Source: Hydrolagus affinis (lineage: Eukaryota). Taken from it: DNA of 64,000 nt. The stretch covers positions 1 to 64,000 of the forward strand of contig JAAILG010000808.1 in assembly GCA_012026655.1 (NCBI GenBank), given 5' to 3'. Below the pieces are notes generated by a model. That model was not told the origin of the DNA and did not search any database. It saw only the letters and a list, made by a program, of their open reading frames with translations. The position numbers and the translations under genes are program-made. Below, piece after piece: positions 24,961 to 37,270 of the stretch. The number at the start of each line of letters is the position of its first letter. The first letter of the stretch is position 1.

Positions 24961-27024
24961 GAATTGAAACTCTGGAATTCATTTTGTCACTTCTCTGTTT
25001 CATAAACATCCCTTTGAAAGCAAGGTATCCAAACCAGTGAGTGTGGCTTCACTCGTGATCAATAAAAAGTTTCAACCATGTCTTGTGAAAAAATCACTAA
25101 TTGCTTTACAGAAAACAACCCACAATTCCCTCATAACAAGCATGGTGTAATATGTATTGAACGCATACAAAGATTCTACCATAAAATAATTAACCAGCAA
25201 TTACAAAGCATTAGGTCATCTCACAAAGTTTGTCCCATTGTAATAAATTATAGTTTATAAAACGGTCAAGAAGCTATGATCTGAAAGCAGCTGCAGTACA
25301 ATTTAATTTAAAAATGTATCAAAGCGACTTTTGGCTTTTTAAAATTTTAATGTGCAGATGGCCCTGGAGTATTCGAAGTGATGGACAGATAATATAATGA
25401 TGTTATGTGTCTGCTGCTGTATCGATTCTTTACCCCTGTGTGTCTGACAAGAGGAAAACACAAAGGGGTTAGTCTGCTCTGTGTGTTTCCAAGAAGAGAA
25501 GATTGTTCATTGCAATGGCTAAGCGCTGTTCTCCCCCATTTGTTTGGTTTTGCGAACCTCTCCCCGTGTGTTTAGCAATAAATAATGGTGTTTTAAAACT
25601 AGAATTTCATTTAAAATCCGAATATCATGTCAGTTTTACTTTTAAACACGATTAGTTATTTATAAGAGCACAACAACAAATTTGTTAAACCAAGGAGAAT
25701 AACTTGCAGCTCATAGGCAGCAATGAATTCACGAGATGGAGAACAAGCATCTGCTTGCCTGGGGATTTCTAGCTCTTTTAACAATGACACTTTATTTTGA
25801 AAATGCTCAAAACCCCGGTAATGTAACCTTATTTTATATATCATTAGCATTAGTTTGAACGTGACTCTAAGGCTCACTCTCCATCACACATTATTTAAGG
25901 CTCATTTTCCACTATAATAATGCTGTGACTGTCCGTCAAATTATATCATGGGTGCTGTTCTATGTATGACAAATTGCAGCAAATGAACCATTTCGATTTT
26001 TGTTCTGTAGTTTCGCTACTCACTTCAGAAAGGTTGTCAGCTCATTCTATTTCAGATTGACAAAAGGACAATTTGTTTTGATGCTAATTTGCTTGATACT
26101 ATGCAGCTTCAGGAGAAAGTCAATTCACTTTAATATGCAATAGACAATCATTGGAAGGCGGTGGTGTCTGTCTTTTGGTTTCATCAAACAGACCGACTTG
26201 CTTTCTGTGTGCGAAAAATGGTCGACCTACTGGTTGTCAAGCAGCAATGTCACTTGCTGTGCACTGCACATATATGATATGTGCGGAAGGATCTTGCTCA
26301 TGACATGCATATGTGCATGAAGGAAGTGATATATAACAGCTATTTGGACTTTGTGCCCTGTCATAACTTGATGTTTAAAACTATGGACTCGAAACAGCAT
26401 TTTATAATCAAAGCAAAGAATTAAATCTCTCAATAAAATCTTTCAGCAGCCATGAAAAGGAATATTGGTAGAAATTGGTGGGTTAGGAAGGAAGCTCTTA
26501 TTAAAAGCAGTCTTTTTTTAAAAAAAAATTGTTATGCAATTCAATGGAGTGGGTTCTACTGATATGGAGCCCTTACAGATAAACAACCCTTTAAACCCAG
26601 CAAAATGAAGACATTAAAAAATAAACACATATAATCTAAGGTAAAACAAACCAAAATGCACGGGGAAGAAAATTATTTATTCAGTCATTTCAAGTACAGA
26701 AACAAAGTGCCAGTGTGCACTGCGAGTACTGTAAAGGGTGAGATTTCCAGTCAGATGTATCAGCTTTTGCATGCAATGAATTTCTAATTGCAATCTAATA
26801 GGTCATGTGATACCTAGTTTAGGAAAATTTAAAGTGGGATGACTGGAATTGAGCAAGTTAGTGGCACAGTTAAGATCTTCTGATAAATCAGATACAATTT
26901 TAGGGATTGATCTTTTCAAAAAATATCGAAGCCAGATCTTCGGTGTATGGGACAGACACTTGGGCGTCTGCAAGCTAATAGTGAATCACTGACGTATCCT
27001 TCAAAATAAATAAAAATAATCCCT

Positions 27025-27325
27025 CGCCTTGGAATCAGAGGTCCATGTCGGAACTTTGAGCTCACAGTCTCGGCTGATACTTCAGTGCAGTGCAGGGTAG
27101 GAGTATTGTTGGAGGTGCCATTGTATAGATGCGATGCAAAACTATGTTCCCAAGGGCTTGTTAAATTGGGCTTCAAAGGTCCTTTGGTACCATTTAAAAA
27201 GAGGAAGACGTTTCTCTTGGTGTTCTGGGCAAAATCATAGTTGTTTGTGGGACAGTGCTATGTAACAATTCACCTACAAATCCGCAGCCACTACGCTTAA
27301 CAGTGTAATAATAATAACAATAATA
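27025..27325 (+). mobile_element. Older Deu-domain SINE
   Basis: ggctgatacttcagtgcagtgc..tattgttggaggtgcca..gtttgtgggacagtgct, (TAA)n tail. Confidence 0.75.
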
Positions 27326-27879
27326 ATAATCCAATAAAGTGATGTGTCCCATCTTGACAAGTGTGATTATGCCTCATATAAAATTGAAAGATACTTAGGA
27401 ATAATAATAAAAATAAAGGAAAGACTGACTGAAAGAAGGTCTAACATTTGAGACACTTTAGATTTGGAGACTAATTGGAGAGTGATTAGACAAATAGCCA
27501 TTCTGACTGAGTGAAAAAGTCTGTTTGATGAAATAATTCACGCATTAGATGGAAAAATAATCAATTAAATAGATAAGTAACCAACTGGATCAACTGTCTT
27601 TGCCATTGCAACTGCAAAGGCGGCCTTTGTTAAAAACCGAGAGAAAGATTTCAGAAAGAGCTTAGTGAAAAGCTGTTATTTGCAACTATAATGATATCTG
27701 TGTAAAGAATAAAAAAAAGTTCAGCCCCCTACGTGTTCTCCTCCCTGGAGCGAGGAGAATGAGGACCATGTGTGACACACAAGATATTTCCTTGCAGAAG
27801 AATTTTAAGAAAAGAAAAAAACATTTGCAACTATTAACATTTAAACATTTGTTTTGAGTTTCTCATCCTCTGCAAGAGC

Positions 27880-28030
27880 ACTACAAATGGCCTCAAGTCC
27901 CCGGGTTTGGGAGAGGAAAATCAGCAGGATTTCTGTTCCTGTTCTCCATCCAGTGACCCCCCCACCCCCATCGGAGGGTTCTGTGCGAACATCAGGCAAG
28001 GATTTGACCACCAGGAAAGGAGGGATAAGC
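27880..28030 (+). mobile_element. Ancient SINE family 2 fragment
   Basis: gcactacaaatggcctc..gggagaggaaaatcagc..atccagtgacccc. Confidence 0.6.
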
Positions 28031-28169
28031 ACAGAATAAATGAGAAGAGAATAAACTGCTTAGGGATTTTTTTTTAATTGCTCATTTCTGATCAGTTGGT
28101 GTCCTATTTAATCATTGTATCAATAAAATAGGGCATGAACTGATTGAAAATATCAGTGACATAATTTCT

Positions 28170-28424
28170 TCAAAAAAAATAAATTGGTCAGTCAATCCAC
28201 GACTGGGAGATACTGCCTTGCGCAATTAGCTGCCATGTTTCAGCCACAAAATATAGTCAATTCCCTTTAACAACAACAAACAACAACAAAATCACATTTA
28301 TAGAGCGCCTTTCACTTTGGGAGGACCCTGTTCCAAGACGCTGGCAATTTATAAAGTATATTCTGTGAAGTGCTTCAAGACAAAGTGTTAAGACACTATA
28401 TCAAATGCAAGGATTACTATTATA
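28170..28424 (+). mobile_element. SINE 3' half with an antisense L2-type tail inserted at about 28270-28347
   Basis: SINE body interrupted after gtcaattcccttta by caacaac..catttatagagcgcctttcac, then resumes with gtatattctgtgaag. Confidence 0.8.
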
Positions 28425-29516
28425 CTGTACAATAGAAAGAACAATTTCACTCAATGTTTCATTGAATTGCAATTTCCATTCTGATAAAGCACAGGAAAAT
28501 CAGAGAAGCTTCCTTTCATTTTGCCTCAATTAGCTGTCTGTTAAATAATTTTGGGGGGAAGAAATCATTTGATTGTAGAGTATGCATGTGTATGTATTAT
28601 ACGCATAATACATACAGTACATTCCTGGGACCTTGAACAAACCTTACTAATCATTCAACTTTCAAATTAAAGATTTAGTAACATCCTTTTCCAAACATTA
28701 AAATTCAGTTGTCGTGATTAATCTTTCCAACTGAATTCACCTGTGGCTTATAGTGATATGTTTTCTATGAGTCCTGTCATGGGCCACATACTGCACACAT
28801 ACCATTGTACAGCAATTACATAAAAAGATTATCGATGTCATCAAGACAAAAACAAGCCCCCAAAAAATCAGAAAAATAAATTGGCAAGTAAATCCTTTTC
28901 AGTATTAATGACTCAGCAACATAACTCACGTTTAAAATATGCCTGCATGGAACCATTTTCTACACATACTGTATGTTAAAAAATTTTAATGAGAAAATTA
29001 AATCATTGACACATATTTATTTGCCTGGTGCCTTTAAGAAAGTGACAATTTGCTTTCAACACAATCACATTTTGGAATTTAATTCATTACTTCATTACAA
29101 CTTCCAGCTTTCTGTTTGAAAGAAACATCCAAAGTGGTACTGTAAATATTGCTTTGAAACGTCAACTCTGCCCAGTGTATTTAATTCACTCGCTGACTTT
29201 CACCAGGCTGATTATTCAGTCAGTATTTCATTATAACAGGTCAGTACCGAGAAGCATACAATGAATTTGGAATAGTACGCAAGAAATGTTAAAAGAATAA
29301 CTCAAAGTAAATTTATTAATCGTCACATGGCTTTCAAGTTTGACTGGAAAATGAAGCTGTATTTAAAATGTTGGCATGCAGTGAGATTCATCAGTAATAT
29401 TGTACATAGTCTGTCAATCCCTGACTGAAAATAGTACAAAATCTCTGAAACTGCTGTGCTAAAACGGTTAATCTCCACTTCTTTGAGTAGTTTGTCAAAG
29501 TGAAAATGATTGTGAA

Positions 29517-29865
29517 GTCCCCGTAGTGTAGTGGTTAGCGTGCTCGTCTCATGGAGTCCTGTAGTTCAGTGGTTAGAGTACTCGACTTACAAGCGTGAGA
29601 CCTGTGTTCAAATCCAGGCAGCTCAGGGCAAAGCCTTGGGCAAGTTTCGTTACTTCACGCGCCTAATAAACCCTCCAAAAAAAAACACAACACTAAATTG
29701 GTCATTTCAATCTAAGTAAGACACTGCTGTGCGCAATTGGCGGCCGCGTTTCGCCCATAAATATACAGTCAATTCACTTTACAGTGTATTCTGTGAAGCG
29801 CTTTGAGACGTCTAGAAGACGTGAAAATCGCTATATCAAATGCAAGGAATATTGTTATATTATTC
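29517..29865 (+). mobile_element. Young tRNA-derived SINE (copy C, from 29552) preceded by an extra tRNA-like half head
   Basis: gtccccgtagtgtagtggttagcgtgctcgtctca followed directly by tggagtcctgtagttcagtgg.. and the full SINE. Confidence 0.93.
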
Positions 29866-30194
29866 TTCTTCTCTGCAGGGATAAGGCTCACAGAGGCCAA
29901 CGTGGCCTCAGTTAAGGAGTCTGATTATTTCCCCAGATGCTCTCCATGATGCGCCTCTCTTTCTCATTCTGGTAAAGTGAACATCCATTAGTATTGGAGT
30001 CAAGTTCACGTCTTCCAACCATTTATATGAATGCACTTTCCAATGGAAAAACTTTAGATATGTTTGCAAATGTTCAAGCTGGAATACATTACAAAGGAGG
30101 CTTTGCTGATCCCTGGAATATTATCGAACTACTTTTGTTTCCTGAAATCTACTGTGTGATGACCAGCCTACCTAATAATTCTAACAACAATAAT

Positions 30195-30385
30195 AAGAAA
30201 AAGAATTTGGTCAATCAATCCATGACTGTTTGTGGGACACTGCTATGCGCAATTGACTGCTGTGTTTTGCTCACAAAATATACATTCATTTCACTTCACC
30301 ATATATTGTGTGAAGCAGTTTGCAATGTTTCGAAGATGTGATACAAGATGTGCTGTATCAAATGCAAAGATTATTATTATTTTTT
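30195..30385 (+). mobile_element. SINE 3' half
   Basis: ttggtcaatcaatccatgactgtttgtgggacactgct..tatcaaatgcaaagattattatt. Confidence 0.88.
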
Positions 30386-31244
30386 GTGGCTACTACCTTT
30401 TGTGGCCAATACCTTCCAAATTTCCAGAGGTTGGGGCAGAGGCTGAAGAGTGCTCTGTCACTGAGTCTCAATTCCCAAGACTCGTTCCTTCCTCCTCCCT
30501 AACTAGTTTTGAGCAGGGCCTTAAAAATCCTTTAGTACATAAGGATTTATTTGTTATCAATTTAAGATGAAGTCACTGGTGGTTTTGACTATTCTTTTAA
30601 TTATTACGCTAGTCTGCTTCCTGGACAATCTTAACTCTCAAGGCAATAATCAGATCTTATACATTTGACCTTATTAGAATAGCAGTCACTCTCCATTGGG
30701 CTTCCTTTGTCTGTCAAGATGCCAGATCTGCAGACTTCTGCACTCCCACTGATATGTCAGTACCTGATAAGATAGCATGGAGTGCAACTCAGCTCTGTGC
30801 AACTTCAGTTCCAAGCATCCAGCTACCATGGACATTTCAAGTTGTCGACTGTGAGAAATTGATTGAGCAAACCCCAGAACAGTTATAACCATCAGGCTCT
30901 CTGTGAGCAAGTCCAACATTCTACCACTATAGCTGGTCATCCACACAGGCAATATTCAATATCGTTCGCATTCACTCTCTTCCACAGGAAACTTTAACTC
31001 CACAGGTTACACAATATACCTTGTGGTAGCATTGGCACTACAACTTGCTTCAACAATTATGGCCTCATTCCTTCTACCCCTTTACACATTGATGTTGCAT
31101 CCAACAGGAATTCAGTGGTTTTATTTACTCAACTGCTATACAAGTAGATAAATAAGCACATTTATAAATGTACACCACACATTCATCACTGGTCCCACTT
31201 GACTCCAGTTACAGTTGATTCACCTCTGAACCACAGGACTGTAG

Positions 31245-31430
31245 TTTAATGTCTGAAAGCTCTTGACTAATATTGGCACCCAGCACAGAATCATGGGCCA
31301 TTCGAGGCATCTGCATTAGATATTAAACTGAAGTGCCATCTGTCTGCATTATTGGACATTAAAGATCCCATGACAGCAATTGCAAGAGGTAGAGGATAAC
31401 CTCCCATTTCTTGGCCAACATTCCAGAGAA
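31245..31430 (+). mobile_element. Older Deu-domain SINE fragment
   Basis: attaaactgaagtgccatctgtctg..ggacattaaagatcccatgaca..ttggccaacatt. Confidence 0.65.
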
Positions 31431-34127
31431 ATAAATCACAATACCCACCTTGGTATTGCAGGGCTTCAGTGCAATTTTACATCAAATAACTTTGCTTGTG
31501 CAGCTTCAACCAGAACAAAATACCAATTTAAGTAAGTGTCTGGTGGATAACAGTCTCAAAGTTGCCCGTTGTTCTAGATGCTGCTTGACTGCTGCCAACC
31601 AAATGTCACAAGAATTACAGTAAGGCTGCTAAAATGTTTGATAAACACCAGTTTGTACAATCGTGTCAATTCAACTTCACAACTGTGCAGATTTTTCAAT
31701 AGTTGGAATCACATCTGAGCACAAATAAGCAAACAGAACAAAGAAAGCAAATAGGACCCTAGGATGCACTGCCAAATGAGTTGAGTTTCAATCACTGGAA
31801 GTCGGACTGAAGCTGTACACAGCTCTCTCTGGTGAGGCTGAAAAACAGTTTTATCCCCTCACAGATTGGAACCACTCATTTTGACCTAAAAGGAAAATAG
31901 AAAACTTTAAATTTTTTTGAAAAAAATAATCTTGCACCATCCCGAAAAGAGGCTGTAAGGATTACCTTTACATAAAGTAAACAAAAACTAACATTTCTAA
32001 CAACATAATATCAAATCAAAAGCACTTATGTTCTTTAGTACTTAGGAAGTAATTTGCCCATTTAAACAGCTTAAGTCTTTTTGTTCTTCTAATATTGCTG
32101 CACTTCAGTGAACAGTGCTTTTTAAAAAATATATACTAAATGTACTTTGATCACTCTCCTCCTCCAAACTTTCTCAGAGATTATGTCTCTTGTCGCAGGC
32201 ACTCTCGTGCTCCTGTTTGCACTAGTCATAATAAATGCTTCTCTGACAAATGAGAAAAAAATGGAAAATCTTATCCACTATTTCATTTCTCACACTGCCT
32301 CCAGTTACAGAAAAATGAAGAGTGCTCTTGGATTTATAGCTATGGCAAGGGTACATCGAGCTGTCTGTTTCCCCTAATAGTCAAGCATTTCTGGCGATCA
32401 GAGAAGGTCTGTGGTGGGAAAGTGAGTTATAAGTTGCAACCTCTTTGCTCAGTTCTTCAAACCAAATATACCATATTACTGTATATATACTATATACCAA
32501 ACAAAGACCTAAGAGTAGATGGTGTCCTAACAAATGAGTCTAATAGTCTAATTTGTGATCTGCAAGGCAAAAGTCAACATCACAGACTCAGTTTTACGGA
32601 AATTATTAATTTATTTGAATGTTGGGGGGAAGGGGGCTGCCTCCAGCACATTCAATGAGTCAATTATTGAATGTACAGTAAACTGATTCCAGTATTTCAC
32701 TCATTCAACCTACTCTTGAAGCTCTGCTCCAAACATTCAACTCTAATTTCAGCGATTATTTATAAATGTGACGTTAATGACCCATTCCAGAAAGGGAGCT
32801 GTCCTGTCGCCACAGTTCTCATATTTGATACAAACTAATTACTTTTTTCAAACGAGGTGTGTTCGCCAAGAATTTCTCCCTTTCTAATAAAGTTTTTCAG
32901 CTAGAAATTTGTAACTCTGTAATACACAAGTGTAATTCTGTTCCACAGTAATAATAAATCAATGATAGTATTTAGGATTCTTTAATGTTAATACAAAATT
33001 ATTTCTCAAGTTCCATCATAATCATTTGTGTCAAAGATGCATACTATTAAAATATAGAAAAGATAGTAATTCCAGAAGAAACAAATAGGTGCTAAATAGG
33101 TAAGAGATGTGCTGCACGCCCATCTGTTGTTCCTAATGATTTTACTTGTTAGGAAACTGAAGATGGGGGAGCGGGAGGAAGGGAGGGAAAAATAAATACA
33201 GTACAGGATATGTATGAGGAAGAAAGATTAAGGAGCAGTAACAGTAGGGCAGTTATATAAATGGGTCCCATTTCTTTAAGAATTAATCCAATTTCCTGTG
33301 TGTTTCTCAAGCCACTTGTTCGGATGTAGCTGTTTCTCAAGCGCTTCTTTGTCCCATTTCAAAAGCTAGTTTCTTCCCGACTTATTGAACTAAGCAAGTT
33401 ACATTTACAAGCAATCAGCAAACTGATTTAAAGCAGGTTAGTTTTATCTTCCAGATCACATAATCTGGTTCGATCTCCTACAATTTAATTGATGGGAGGG
33501 GGAGAAACAGAGGCATTACAAGGATTGTAAGAAATCAAAGACTGGTCCAAAAACAAGGATGTTGGAACCAACCCAAGGGTAGCAAATTAGGAACCTGTTG
33601 CAATACCACATCTTCAGCAAAATGCACCAGACTTTATTTCCATCTCTCAGTCTCCATTGGCATAATAACTGACACTGACTCATGCGGTTTATCCCAGTTT
33701 TGTTGCTGGCACATTGGTGTACACCATCAATCAATATCAATCTTCACTTCCTTGGATCACTGCTCATTTAAACAAAGAAAATCTACATTTTGCTTTTTTT
33801 GCATCATATTTACAAACCTCACACCAATTTCCAATACCCTGGGTGTGATGCAAAGGGGTTTCAAAGGAAAGTAATTAGGAAGTAGGATGTTGTGTGGAGG
33901 AATAATGCCCTTATGCTTTAGCACCTTCACCAAATCGCATAACTTTACCTTCCTACGACATGTGAGAGCACTTGCACACTGCCATCAGTTCCTCTAAGCA
34001 TAGGAGACAGCTGGCAAAAGGTTCAGTGCTGCGGCTACTAAAATCTAATTTCCACTACATTTTATACAGAAAGGAACCACATTCCATAGAATATAAATAT
34101 ACCTTTTTCTACATTTGTTTCCACAAG

Positions 34128-34164
34128 AAGGGTCTGCTGAAAAGAAAGACCAATAATTCTGAAG
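34128..34164 (+). CDS. Candidate coding exon (37 nt, phase 0-1), KGLLKRKTNNSE; NAGNAG acceptor
   Basis: Pyrimidine tract cctttttctacatttgtttccac then AAG AAG; consensus donor AAG|GTGAGT. Confidence 0.45.
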
Positions 34165-34289
34165 GTGAGTAATCTTCCTCTCCATTATTCATTACATTTC
34201 ACAATATAATGGTTTAGCAGCAGGCAGGGAAAAAAGCCCACGTGGAGCCCAAGGCGATAGTCAGCAATGTACTGCAATCCTTCTGAAAC

Positions 34290-34555
34290 ACAACTATCCA
34301 GGCAATATTGGAAGGTACGTTGAAAGTGAGATGGTTGCCCAGATTTGAGCTTGTTTAGTGATTCTGTGTCCTGGCCAACATCCCCCAAAATTAAGTTGGT
34401 AATTTTCTTCAAGGCTACTTGAGGGACACCGCTTTGCGCAAATTGTCTGCTGCGATTGCCCACAAAGTGCAACCACTACAATTCATGCTGTACCCTGTGA
34501 AGCACTTTAAATCTTTGTTCCAATGCAATAGGTCCCATATCAAAGGATTATTATA
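34290..34555 (+). mobile_element. Older Deu-domain SINE fragment
   Basis: gtgtcctggccaaca..gcgcaaattgtctgctgcg..tgtgaagcacttt..atatcaaaggattatt. Confidence 0.7.
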
Positions 34556-36049
34556 CTTCCTTAATTACATATTAGTGTACAGACTGTGTACCACAACTTG
34601 CAGAGCATGAGTTTGTGTAATTTATCCTATGATTACTGTCTGAAATCAGTCAAATGCCTGGGGACGTATTGAGAGAAGGTGACATAATTCTGTACCTCAA
34701 GCACTGAAGCAAACTTGCTCAGGTAGAGTTGACTGTAGTGATGAGGGAGCCGAACGACAAGTTAAATAGAAGAAATCCTTGCTTAAAACAAAGAACTGAT
34801 AACAATCGAACACTGGAACAATAAAGAAAGTCAAATGCAAGTTTGAATCAATCTGAAGTGCATTATGCAAAGTGCTTATTTCAATCGGAGATTTGACCTT
34901 GGTCAGCAATGCTATACATTGTGTAATAACCAATTAAGGAAGTTGGCTCATAATGTAATGCCAGAAAGTTAATGAGACTTTGGTAACCCTTATACTTGGG
35001 TGTAATTTATTCCTCAAACAAAGTGCTTACAAAGTAAACGGACTTGAATAAGAACGCTTGGGTCATAATAAGGCTATGTTTCATAAATGTAAAACCAGTT
35101 GTATTGCTGCAACTGTTCCCATTATGTTCTGTGGGACTATCAGCTTCACATGCTCAAACCATGACAAGGTCACACTGGTTAATGCGTACAAATTTGTAAC
35201 GTCCTTTTTGGCCCAATGGGAAACTAAATTGATAAGGTTGTAGATTGCTTTAGGTCACAAGTTCCTCTTGTCCTGGTGATGTAATCAGTTTAGTTTTTAG
35301 GAACACTTGCTGATAAGCTGCAGTACTCACCGAGTACCAAAATTACTCTTTTTGCTTCACCGTGTCATGTACCAAGAAAACATCTGGACCTCAAAGCCCC
35401 AATCTTTATTTCCCCTCAGTCCTCTATTTTGTTTGCTTTAATAAGTAAAGTTGTACCGTAGCTTCAGGATCTGCCTCGGCCCTTAATTGTTTTCTAAACA
35501 ATATGGCATGGAACAGCTTTAAAAGATTACAGTTTGGAAATAACATGTGCTGCGATTTCAACTCTCGACACAAAAGCTTCTGGTATCTTGCACGTGACTC
35601 ACCTTTCCATAAGGTAGAAGAATGTTACCTGCAATCATGTGATCATAATGCTGTTCAGAGAGGTGAGTTATGGATAAGTTTTCTCTAAATCAGCTTTCAA
35701 TCCTTTTCTTCAAATTGTGAACTATACACTATTACGAAGTATGAACATATTTGCCCTCGTCTCTTTGCCACAGAAAGGAATATTTCTTTTCAATACAAGT
35801 TAATAAAAATGACTCACTCTCAAACTGTGTATGTGTGGCCCATTTATCAAATGTATGGACCACAAGATTAAAGTTAAATGAGATTCATCCATTTACTTCA
35901 GATTAACAAGTACTGTACATTCTTCTGATGTACATAAAACTATACTCTTCAGAGTTTCTGCAATGTGCATCAGTGGTCCTTTCAACACTGCAGCTGAAAC
36001 TTACTATTATTATTATTAAAACTGAGGTTAACTGCGCCTTCAGTTGGAA

Positions 36050-36430
36050 CAATGGACATTTGTGGGTCGGTGGGTGCCACACGGCAATCAGGAGTAGTCA
36101 CCAGGAATGATTGTCTTCTCTCAGTAATACTGCCCCAGTTCACAAATAACTAACTCAGCAAAGATTAGGAATCCAGCCTGGAACTTTCACATTCTAAACA
36201 GTTAAACTACTCGCTGGTTAAACCTCTGAGCCGCCATCAACCCATACAGAGCTTGCAGTTGAAATTCCTGGATTTGGTATCGAGGCCTTGGTTATTTTAC
36301 CCTCCCTAGCTCAAGGGTGCTGAGGCCAGTTGTTGAACTCCTATCACTGCTTTGGCTGAAAATAGCGACAATGGAAGTGATTATGTACTGAACCTGTGAC
36401 TTTCCTGCCCCAAAGATCAGCTTCAGATCA
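36050..36430 (-). mobile_element. Two fragments of ancient SINE family 2
   Basis: ctaactcagcaaag..ctggaactttc and cctccctagctcaagggtgctgaggccagttg..ggctgaaaatagc. Confidence 0.55.
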
Positions 36431-36822
36431 CTTAATGAGTGTACCCACAAAGTTATCAAATAATCTGTTTTAAAAAGAAAAGAAAATGATTCGCTTTTTT
36501 TTACACACACAATAACAAAAAGCTATACTCCTTTAAGGCAGTAATACAATCTCTGGGTTCCGCTGATATTTGTAAAGCACTCAGATTTCACGGTCATGGT
36601 TCATGACAGCAGAAGCCCTCAATTAAATTCCAGCATTGTAAGCCATTGCCCACTATCTATTATCATCTTACATTTAATATAAGAATTTGAATTCCAATTT
36701 CACTGACCACAGGATCAATATTTCACACTTACCAGTGCCAGGAATAATACACGTGTGAGAAAATGAAATGTATCGTACTACAGCAGATTGGAATGACAGG
36801 CTCCCCCAACTATTTCCAACCA

Positions 36823-37270
36823 TAATAATAATAATAATCATAATAATAATCTTGATTTTGGTATAGTGCCTTATCAGGTCTTCGAGACATCTCAAAGCAC
36901 TTCACAGAATATACTATAAAGTGAATTGACTGTATATTATTATGAGCATTTGGCTTTACAGTATATTCTGTGAAGCACTTTGAGATTCTAGATGTGCTAT
37001 ATCAAATGCAAGGATTATTATTATTATATTGGCGAAAAGTGGTTCCGCCAAGCAGTTGTGCACTGGCTGACCAAATCATTATTATTTTTAAAAAAATTTG
37101 AAGGGATTATTACAAATAGAAAAGTGATCCACCACAACCGGGTTCCTACTTACTGCTAGGTAAACAGAAACATGTGGAGGAAGGAAACTTGTCCAATGCT
37201 TCGACCTGCCCAGGGATCAAATCCAGATACTCTCGCTTGTGAAGCGAATGCTCTAACCATGAGTTACATA
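36823..37270 (-). mobile_element. tRNA-derived SINE (copy H, longer subtype) with a sense-strand SINE tail inserted at about 36939-37027
   Basis: Antisense tail 36823-36938, + strand tail 36953-37027, antisense body and head 37030-37270 with extra segment 37113-37170. Confidence 0.85.
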
